Below are positions 17,674 through 25,049 of a stretch of 64,000 bases of DNA, piece after piece. Position 1 is the stretch's first letter. Each line of letters opens with the position of its first letter. Under the pieces are notes generated by a model. The model had not been told where the DNA came from and ran no database searches. It was given only the letters and a program-made list of their open reading frames with translations. This stretch comes from an uncultured Bacteroidales bacterium. Lineage in GTDB: Bacteria > Bacteroidota > Bacteroidia > Bacteroidales > UBA932. Both the position numbers and the translations under genes were made by a program. The stretch spans positions 9,696 to 73,695 of the forward strand of contig CAJOLJ010000018.1 in assembly GCA_905235445.1 (NCBI GenBank). Direction: 5' to 3'.

Positions 17674-19218
17674 ATGGGATCTTTCAGCAAGGAAAACAGT
17701 CGCATAGCACGCAACACCCTGGTAATCTATATCAGGATGATTTGCGTGATTCTTATCGGACTCATTTCCACGAGGTTCGTTCTCGCCGCCCTGGGACAGT
17801 CCGACTTCGGGCTGTACGGAGTGGTGGGAGGACTCATATCAATGCTGGGGTTCCTCTCTACCGCAATGTCAATCACCACCCGTCGCTACATGAATATCGA
17901 GATGGGAAAACCGGACGGGAACCCGAACAGGATATTCAATATGCTGATGGTAGTGCATATCACCTTGGCGGGGGTGATACTGCTTCTTGCGGAAACCCTT
18001 GGCCTATGGTACATCCTCAATATAATGAAGCTGGAGCCCGGGAAGATGCCGGATGCCATTTTCGTATTCGAGGTGTCCACCATAGTCGCTTGCATGGGCA
18101 TAGTGAACCTCCCCTTCCAGAGCCTCATCGAGGCCAACGAGAAGTTCACTGCCCTGTCCATCATTGACATTTCGACGAACCTTGTCAAACTCGGCCTTGT
18201 AATAGTCCTGGTTTACTACAAGGGCAACGCCCTTCGCTTCTATGCCCTGAGCATGGCCGTGGTGACTTTCCTTTCCCTTCTCTTTTATCATGGCTACTGT
18301 TCCCGTCACTGGAAGGATGTGATAAGGTGGAAGTTCTTCAAGGGGAAGGAACTGTACCGCGAGATAGTGATATTCAATAACTGGACTGCGCTCTCCGCTG
18401 CGGCATACATCGCAAGGACGCAGGGCAGCACACTGATTGTGAACTTCTTCTTCGGCACCTTCGTCAACGGTGCCATGAAACCAGCCTATGACCTGGAGAA
18501 CTTCTCCGTCATGGCGATTAACCGCCTCTCCAATGTGGCCTCCCCGCAGATAACCCAGAACTGGGGCGGAGGGAACCATTCCAGGTCCCTGGACCTGGTG
18601 TACAGGATATCCCGCTTCAGTGCGCTTCTGATGACGATATTGGTGTTCGTCCTGCTCGTGGAGCTTCCTTTCGTCCTGGGAGTCTGGCTGAAGAATGTCC
18701 CCGAGGGAGCTGTGTTCTTTTGCCAGTGGACCCTGATAAGCGCCCTTGTGCGTTCCTTCACGGGAGGGACACAGACTCTGGAGCAGGCGACCGGGAAGAT
18801 AAAATGGTTCCAGATCATGAACTCCACTTTGTCACTGAGCTGCCTTCCCCTTGGGTTCCTCTCATACAAACTGGGAGCCCCGCCCGTCACCATCATCCAG
18901 ATTTACATCGGCTATTCCGTCATATACCGGTTCGTGGAATTCTATCTCCTTCACCGCTTGCTGTCGTTTGACGTGGGAAGTTTCGTCACCCAGGCCTACC
19001 TGCGTCCTCTCGCAGTGATAGCGATAATGGTGGGATTCCTGTTCCTGTACAGGTGGGTGACACCAGGGGACATGTCCGCCATCGCCCGTCTTGCAGGTAT
19101 TGCCGTTACGGGAGTGGTTTGTTTACTGTCAGCTTTCTTTATCGGTCTCACGGCCCCCGAAAGGAAGGGCGTCGTGGATGCCGCACACTCCCGCCTTTCC
19201 CGAAAGACTTCAAAATGA
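17674..19218 (+). CDS. Polysaccharide/oligosaccharide flippase (MOP/Wzx-like)
   Basis: 514 aa and highly hydrophobic with many predicted TM segments. The N-terminal NTLVIYIRMICVILIGLISTRFVLAALGQSDFGLY is typical of Wzx-like proteins. 12-nt gap after the LicD gene. Confidence 0.7.
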   Translation: MGSFSKENSRIARNTLVIYIRMICVILIGLISTRFVLAALGQSDFGLYGVVGGLISMLGFLSTAMSITTRRYMNIEMGKPDGNPNRIFNMLMVVHITLAGVILLLAETLGLWYILNIMKLEPGKMPDAIFVFEVSTIVACMGIVNLPFQSLIEANEKFTALSIIDISTNLVKLGLVIVLVYYKGNALRFYALSMAVVTFLSLLFYHGYCSRHWKDVIRWKFFKGKELYREIVIFNNWTALSAAAYIARTQGSTLIVNFFFGTFVNGAMKPAYDLENFSVMAINRLSNVASPQITQNWGGGNHSRSLDLVYRISRFSALLMTILVFVLLVELPFVLGVWLKNVPEGAVFFCQWTLISALVRSFTGGTQTLEQATGKIKWFQIMNSTLSLSCLPLGFLSYKLGAPPVTIIQIYIGYSVIYRFVEFYLLHRLLSFDVGSFVTQAYLRPLAVIAIMVGFLFLYRWVTPGDMSAIARLAGIAVTGVVCLLSAFFIGLTAPERKGVVDAAHSRLSRKTSK

Positions 19219-19228
19219 TACTTGCGCC

Positions 19229-19495
19229 ATGGCAAACATAAATGATATCATCCGTGAAATGTTCCCCCGCCTCGAGCCCACCCATCCCCTTGACAGGAAA
19301 GGGAGCACCGGGCGTCTCGTATCCGGGATAGTATTCATCATCCTTGTCGCTGCCATAACTATCTATGTCACCCTCACTCCCGACAGGAATGCCCAGGAGG
19401 ACCCCACCCTAGCGAACGAGGTGGCAGTGGACACTCTTTCTTCGACCCCATCGGCCCTGCCTTCATCGACGGATGGGGCACTTGAACTGAAATAG
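19229..19495 (+). CDS. Small single-pass membrane protein, function unknown
   Basis: Internal Met of ORF 19091..19495, 10 nt after the flippase stop. One hydrophobic helix (LVSGIVFIILVAAITIYVTL) followed by an acidic, Ser/Thr/Pro-rich tail. Confidence 0.45.
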   Translation: MANINDIIREMFPRLEPTHPLDRKGSTGRLVSGIVFIILVAAITIYVTLTPDRNAQEDPTLANEVAVDTLSSTPSALPSSTDGALELK

Positions 19496-19643
19496 TGTAG
19501 CAATTTCTTGTGGGTAAGGGGCTACAGGGGAGGGCTTTCCTAGCCACATATCGTTAGGCTCGATGGCACGGATTATGCTGCTATTGGGTCAGGAACGCTG
19601 TTTAGGCGTTACTGTTTTTTTACGTAAAAGAAAGACCCAACAC

Positions 19644-20069
19644 ATGAAAAATAATAAATCCCTCCCGCTTCATCTGCTTGGCGCAGCCCTTGCCCTTCTT
19701 ACGCTTGCCTCCTTCACCCTCATTCCCACCTCACAGGATGACCCCCACAAGAGAGTCCTCGAGGACGGGACCGTGGTCGTCAATACCACCAAGCTTGGCG
19801 GCAAGTTCTGCGGCTACAGGGACATAACCCCTGTGGAGGTGTATGTGAAGGACGGAGTGGTCAGAAAAGTGGAAGTGCTTGAGAACTATGAGACACCTGC
19901 GTACTTCGAGATGGTGACGGCGGCAGGCCTTCTAGACAAATGGAACGGACTCACTCTCGAGAAAGCCGATAAACTGCAGGTGGATGCAGTGAGCGGTGCG
20001 ACTTTCTCCTCCGAGTCCATAATAGGGAACGTCAAGGCTGCGATTACATATCTTCTTCCCGGGAAATGA
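19644..20069 (+). CDS. FMN-binding domain protein (secreted or membrane-anchored)
   Basis: Start at MKNNKSLPLHLLGAALALLTLASF (signal/anchor). C-terminal VDAVSGATFSSESIIGNV is the FMN_bind covalent-flavinylation-type motif. Confidence 0.7.
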   Translation: MKNNKSLPLHLLGAALALLTLASFTLIPTSQDDPHKRVLEDGTVVVNTTKLGGKFCGYRDITPVEVYVKDGVVRKVEVLENYETPAYFEMVTAAGLLDKWNGLTLEKADKLQVDAVSGATFSSESIIGNVKAAITYLLPGK

Positions 20070-20211
20070 AATAGCCCTCTCTAAGGCTGTCATAGGAGAA
20101 AAGATCTTTTGATGATATCCAAAATGCCCCGTACGGTCAAATAACCGGAAATGCCGCCCCCTTTCAGGAAATCATCATGGGGCAAGTCACGGAAATAATC
20201 CGAAAACTTGT

Positions 20212-21144
20212 CTATTCCGATAACCATTCTACTTCCTCCTTAATCTTTTCCAGTTCCATAGATACCCTTTCATCCTCATTCCCGTCCAAAGACAGGATTA
20301 AAGAGATTTTATCACATATTCCATTCTTTGCAAGGGTCTGCGGCTGATACATCCATATTTCTACACTGTTAAATGCGCCAGCATCCTCCTCTACATAAAC
20401 GTCCGTCCCTTTTCCAACTGCCTTGCAAATGCCATTGGGAGCTAGCAGGGACATTTCTGCCAAGGCGCTTTCCCCAGCAATCACGCCGTCAATTACATCC
20501 AGATGATACTCAGTATGTATGGACTTGACCACAGGATTGCGGAGAAAAGGTTTGAAAGCGTCAAGTGTCTCTTTGTAGGAAGGAAATGCCAAGAGTTGTC
20601 GCCTCCCATCATTTCTGAGAGGGAACACATTGTCCGAAATCCATTTCAGCGCCCGGGTTACGGTTAAGTATGAATAGCCTGTCATTGACGCTATCTCCCC
20701 TGCATCTTTACCGTTCAGTGAATCTATTTCCAAATGATACAAGGCAATTAGCTGCGCCGCCGGTGGAATGGGGCCGGCGGCCTTGACGACTGCCCGGCCA
20801 CCAAGGTCTATGAAAACCGCTGGCATGAACATCCTCTGAAGCGGCACAATGAAGTCAATCCCCTTTTCCACCATACGATGTGTGTGCATGGGAGAAAGGT
20901 GGGAAATGACCATTACGACAATCTTCCCGGTAACTGTGCGAAGCAGCTCCTGGGCTTTTTGATAACCCAGAGGTGTCTTTTCTGATTTGGAAAGTGCAAA
21001 AACAATCTCACAGTTGGCGATAGTGCCGGTATACAAATCGTACTGAGCCAAGAGAATGTGAGGAATCTTCCCGGTATTCAGCTTGGAAAGAGTGAATTCC
21101 GAATGCAATGTTTTGCGGATGTATTCCTCTGTATCTTTTTTCAT
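20212..21144 (-). CDS. Hypothetical protein with a central winged-helix-like segment
   Basis: 310-aa ORF in a visibly AT-richer pocket. The segment AGEIASMTGYSYLTVTRALKWISDN resembles an HTH/wHTH recognition unit. No family recognised with confidence. Confidence 0.5.
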   Translation of the reverse strand: MKKDTEEYIRKTLHSEFTLSKLNTGKIPHILLAQYDLYTGTIANCEIVFALSKSEKTPLGYQKAQELLRTVTGKIVVMVISHLSPMHTHRMVEKGIDFIVPLQRMFMPAVFIDLGGRAVVKAAGPIPPAAQLIALYHLEIDSLNGKDAGEIASMTGYSYLTVTRALKWISDNVFPLRNDGRRQLLAFPSYKETLDAFKPFLRNPVVKSIHTEYHLDVIDGVIAGESALAEMSLLAPNGICKAVGKGTDVYVEEDAGAFNSVEIWMYQPQTLAKNGICDKISLILSLDGNEDERVSMELEKIKEEVEWLSE

Positions 21145-21175
21145 TTGTTATCTATCATTATATAATGAAACATTT

Positions 21176-21183
21176 CAAAAATA
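21176..21183 (-). promoter_or_regulatory. -7 promoter box (TATTTTTG on minus strand)
   Basis: TAnnTTTG match ~32 nt upstream of the ATG at 21144. Confidence 0.45.
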
Positions 21184-21306
21184 ATGATAATATTCTATAA
21201 AACAATTTTTTAGATACTACCCTTCATCCATTAGGATAAACACTCGTTGAGAATCCAAACATGCCAATGAAAAGGGAGGCCTCCAAGGAAGCCTCCCCGA
21301 TTCTTC

Positions 21307-22521
21307 TTAGGAGCGGAGCCTCCCAAGGCCCCTCACTATCCTGTCCAGGCCCTCCGTCAAGGTCGGCAGGGGACAGGCAAGGTTTATCCTTATGAATGAG
21401 TCCTCGCCGTACATCTGCCCGGCATTGACCCAGACATGTTCGTTTTCAAGCAGGGACACTTCAATCTCGGAGGAACTCATGTTGAGGATGCTTGTGTCGA
21501 CCCATGCCAGGTATGTTCCCTCGAGTTTAGCGATGGGAAAATCCCTCCCCAGGCTCCCGAGCTTTTCCACCAGGATGCCGTAGTTCCTCCAGATTGTCTT
21601 GTTCAACCCCTCAAGCCATTTCCTGCCATCCGGGGAGTATGCGGCCAGCAGCCCCACGACCCCGAAGGGATTGACGTCACAGATCTCGTTGATGTTGATG
21701 GCCCTGTCTATAGCGGCTCTCCACCGGGGGTTTGAAGTGATGATGTTCCCGATCTGGAGACCTGCCGTGTTGAAACTCTTTGACGGGGAGCAAAGCGTTA
21801 TCGAAGAGAGCCTGTTCTCTTCACTTGCCCTGGCAAAAGGAACGTATTCTGTCCCTGGACTCACTATCTCGCAGTGAATCTCGTCGGAAACCACTATGAC
21901 ATCATTTTCCCGTGCAATCTTTCCGACCAAGGACAGCTCGTCCTCCGTCCATACCCTTCCGGCCGGGTTGTGAGGGTTGCAAAGCAGGAGGACCTTTGCC
22001 TTCGGGCTGGAACAAAGGGAACGAAGCAGGTCAAAGTCCATCCTATATGTGAATGAACCGTCTGGAAGGGATACCCTGAGAAGGGGGCAGTTCACCTGGA
22101 CGAGGCCGTTGTTCCTGATGGAGGAGAAGAAGCAGTTATACACGGGAGTCATGACGAGCACCTCCTCGCCCGGGAGAGCGAGAGCTTTCAGGACTGCGGA
22201 TATGGCGGGAACTATTCCGGTCGTGTACATTATCCACTCCTGCGGGAAGAAGACACCGTGAACCTCGCTGAACCACCTTGAAACGGTCCCGAAGTACTCC
22301 TCGGGGACGTGGGTGTATCCGAATATGCCGTGCGAGACTCTTTCCGCGAGGGCCTTCTCAATGCAAGGCGCCACCTTGAAATCCATGTCGGCGACCCACA
22401 TCGGGATAACGTCTTCCATGTCCCCGGGAGTCATGTGGGCCTGCTCGGGAAGGGATGCCTCCCACTTGTAGGAGAGGCTCCCCCGACGGGGAGTAATTTC
22501 GTCAAAACTGTAATTATTCAT
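21307..22521 (-). CDS. PLP-dependent C-S lyase / aminotransferase class I-II (MalY/PatB type)
   Basis: Start at MNNYSFDEITPRRGSLSYKWE, the typical PatB/MalY N-terminus, with SPSKSFNTAGL carrying the PLP lysine. The longer ORF start at 22695 would overlap the upstream MATE gene. Confidence 0.8.
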   Translation of the reverse strand: MNNYSFDEITPRRGSLSYKWEASLPEQAHMTPGDMEDVIPMWVADMDFKVAPCIEKALAERVSHGIFGYTHVPEEYFGTVSRWFSEVHGVFFPQEWIMYTTGIVPAISAVLKALALPGEEVLVMTPVYNCFFSSIRNNGLVQVNCPLLRVSLPDGSFTYRMDFDLLRSLCSSPKAKVLLLCNPHNPAGRVWTEDELSLVGKIARENDVIVVSDEIHCEIVSPGTEYVPFARASEENRLSSITLCSPSKSFNTAGLQIGNIITSNPRWRAAIDRAININEICDVNPFGVVGLLAAYSPDGRKWLEGLNKTIWRNYGILVEKLGSLGRDFPIAKLEGTYLAWVDTSILNMSSSEIEVSLLENEHVWVNAGQMYGEDSFIRINLACPLPTLTEGLDRIVRGLGRLRS

Positions 22522-22529
22522 TGCGGATC

Positions 22530-23963
22530 TTATTGTTTTGAGGTGGCCAGATGTCCTTTCATCCATTTGTCCCCGCCGGTCCTCCACAGGAAGAGGGCGC
22601 CCCGGACATTCAGTTCGATGCACATGGCAATCCAGTAGCCTACGAGTCCGTACCTCGGGGTGAGTATCAGTGCCAGTCCGATCCTTACCACCCACATGCT
22701 TCCGAGGTTCAGGACCGAGGACATCTTCGTGTCGCCGGCACCGATGCAGGCACCGCTGGCGACAATCGCGGCGGCATAGCCCGCCTCAGCGAAGGCCTCT
22801 ATCTTCAGGACCTTCGCCCCGAGGGCGATTACGTCCGGATCCACGCTCAGAAGACCCATGATCTGGGCTGAAAAGAAGTACATCAGAACAGCAAGGCTGA
22901 CCATCATGCCGATACCGAGGTATATGCAAATGCGGGTGAAGGATTTTGCGAGGTCCTTTCTGTCCGCACCCAGGCTCTGTCCCACCAGGGTCGTCGCCGC
23001 ATCACCCATACCGTAGCCGGGCATGTACACGAAACTCTCCGCAGTGATCGCGAAAGAGTTCGCTGCAATGGCGACGGCTCCCAGAGGAGCCACTATTATG
23101 GTGCTCATCACATAGGCTCCCCTCATAATGAGGTTCTGGACCCATAGGGGACCGGTTATTCCGAGGGCATTTTTTATGGAAGTCCTGGAGGGAAGGAACT
23201 GTGGCCTCTCTCCTTTGGACAGTCCAAGTTCCTTGCTGCGGAAGAAGATGAAATACAGCCCCATCAGGGTCACGATGCTTTCCGCCAGGCCAGTTCCCAG
23301 GGCCGCTCCCTTAACTCCCATCCCGGCACCGGGAACGGTGATGGAGGCGCCAAGCAGGGATATCTCCCTCGTCGGGAAAATCAGCAGGAAATTGAATGCC
23401 ACATCCAGTGCGCACATCAGGATATTGAGCATGCTGGGGACTTTCATGTTCCCCGAGCATTGCAGCATACCGGCGCAGCAGAAAGCAAGCCCCATGACGG
23501 GAAGGAATAAAATGTATATCCTGAAGTACTCGCTTGCCTCTTCAACTATATCCTCTCCACCCCCTAGCCACCCTGGAAGGGGCCCTGCGATGCAAAGGCC
23601 TGCAATGGCGAGGCAGGAGGCGAATACCAGCACCGACAGCAATCCTTGGTGCATGACCTTCCTTGCTGAAGGAAAATCGTTGGACCCGATGAGGTGGGCC
23701 ACCTGGACCGAGAATCCCTGGGAAGTGGCTATGACAAACCCTCCGAATATCCACGTTGTCGTGGACACCAGTCCGATGGAGGCCGAAGGCCCTGCCCCGA
23801 GGCTTCCCACCATTGAAGCGTCTATGAACTGGAGGAGGACGCTGGCTATCTGGGCCAGGATGGCCGGGGCGCAAAGAAGGAGGGTAAGCCTTGTCTGGCT
23901 CCCCCGGGTCATGTCTTTGCCTTCGCGGATAGACTTTAGCAGGACATCTTTGCTTTCGGCCAT
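22530..23963 (-). CDS. MATE-family efflux transporter
   Basis: 477 aa with about 12 hydrophobic segments. The N-terminal LLLCAPAILAQIASVLLQFIDASMVGSLG is typical of MATE proteins. 8-nt gap to the downstream lyase gene. Confidence 0.8.
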   Translation of the reverse strand: MAESKDVLLKSIREGKDMTRGSQTRLTLLLCAPAILAQIASVLLQFIDASMVGSLGAGPSASIGLVSTTTWIFGGFVIATSQGFSVQVAHLIGSNDFPSARKVMHQGLLSVLVFASCLAIAGLCIAGPLPGWLGGGEDIVEEASEYFRIYILFLPVMGLAFCCAGMLQCSGNMKVPSMLNILMCALDVAFNFLLIFPTREISLLGASITVPGAGMGVKGAALGTGLAESIVTLMGLYFIFFRSKELGLSKGERPQFLPSRTSIKNALGITGPLWVQNLIMRGAYVMSTIIVAPLGAVAIAANSFAITAESFVYMPGYGMGDAATTLVGQSLGADRKDLAKSFTRICIYLGIGMMVSLAVLMYFFSAQIMGLLSVDPDVIALGAKVLKIEAFAEAGYAAAIVASGACIGAGDTKMSSVLNLGSMWVVRIGLALILTPRYGLVGYWIAMCIELNVRGALFLWRTGGDKWMKGHLATSKQ

Positions 23964-23983
23964 GGTTTAAATTAAAAGAGGGG

Positions 23984-23991
23984 CAAAGATA
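23984..23991 (-). promoter_or_regulatory. -7 promoter box (TATCTTTG on minus strand)
   Basis: TAnnTTTG match ~21 nt upstream of the MATE ATG at 23963. Confidence 0.5.
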
Positions 23992-24107
23992 ATGCTTTTC
24001 CCCTTGACAAATCTACCACTTTCCCGAAATATGTCACTTTCATGGAATGATTGTCACGGAAAGAACACACCTCCACTCTTGCATCCTGTGGAAGGTGTGA
24101 GTGCAAA

Positions 24108-25049
24108 CTATAGCCTTCTTAGCCAGGCCGTGAGCTCGGCTGTCATCTGCTCATGGTACGGGAAACTCATCCTGTCGCCCCAGCCATGGCCTCCGGAAGG
24201 ATAGATGTGAAGGCTGGCGGGAATCCCGTTGGCCTTGAGGGCGGAGTAGTACAGAATGGAGTTCATGGGAGGAACACCCCTGTCGTCATCGCTCAGAAGC
24301 AGAATGGCCGGAGGAGTGAGGGAGTCCACTCTCCTGTCGGTGGAATACTCCTCCCTCTGCGAGGAAGAGGCCATCTCCCCGAGCAGGTTGTTGAAGGAGC
24401 CTTTGTGCATCCACCTGGGGTCGGAGGATATGACGGGGTAGAAAAGTATCTGGAATGAGGGTCTCAGTTCGGGTGGCGCCATCGTGGCGACGCTGCTGGC
24501 AAGGTGCCCTCCTGCGGAGAAGCCCATGATGCCGATTTGCGAGGGGTCGATGTTCCACTCCTGTGCATGTTCCCTTACAAGTTCAATGGCCTGAAGGACA
24601 TCTTCCATCGGGATTTCCTTTATCCCGTAAGGCATCCTGTAAGTGACCATTATGGCAGCGATGCCTTCCCTTGTGAACAGCCCGCTCCAGCCGTATCCCT
24701 CATGGAAAGGGGACAGCAGCGCATAGCCTCCGCCGGGACAGATGACAACAGCCTTGGTAGGGGTGTCACCCTTCTTGGCAGGGAGCGCCACATGGATCTG
24801 CGGAGCATACTGTCTCTTGTCCTCAAGGGTCAGGTCTGAGTAGTCCACCCCGTTGTCATGGGGAGGGGCCACTTTGTCCCAGAGGTCAATGTGGATGATC
24901 CCCTCGGGGATGGCGTGGTCTCCCTGGATCCTTTTCTGGGCGAAGGAGGGGAGGGAAGAGAGGCAAAGAATCAGTATGGATCCGAGAAGGAGTCCCCCTA
25001 TGCCCTTCTTCAGTACGGTGGCAATGGTGGATGGCGTTGTCATGGTCAT
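24108..25049 (-). CDS. Secreted alpha/beta-hydrolase (esterase, Abhydrolase_3/BD-FAE-like)
   Basis: Signal peptide (LLLGSILILCLSSLPSFA), oxyanion-type PGGGY, nucleophile elbow GFSAGGH, and a C-terminal SGGHGW. Confidence 0.75.
   Translation of the reverse strand: MTMTTPSTIATVLKKGIGGLLLGSILILCLSSLPSFAQKRIQGDHAIPEGIIHIDLWDKVAPPHDNGVDYSDLTLEDKRQYAPQIHVALPAKKGDTPTKAVVICPGGGYALLSPFHEGYGWSGLFTREGIAAIMVTYRMPYGIKEIPMEDVLQAIELVREHAQEWNIDPSQIGIMGFSAGGHLASSVATMAPPELRPSFQILFYPVISSDPRWMHKGSFNNLLGEMASSSQREEYSTDRRVDSLTPPAILLLSDDDRGVPPMNSILYYSALKANGIPASLHIYPSGGHGWGDRMSFPYHEQMTAELTAWLRRL

Noticed and set aside
19496-19643. Possible FMN riboswitch or other leader upstream of the FMN-binding-domain gene
   Set aside because: No RFN-element-like conserved core could be found. 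The small hairpin plus T-run (AACGC…GCGTT then TTTTTTT near 19603..19627) is more simply the terminator of the preceding flippase operon.
21307-22521. MalY/PatB-type aminotransferase as the missing 2-aminoethylphosphonate transaminase
   Set aside because: It belongs to the class I/II C-S lyase type with a PatB-like N-terminus. It lies 13 kb away on the other strand, in an operon with a MATE exporter. AEP transaminases are class V enzymes.
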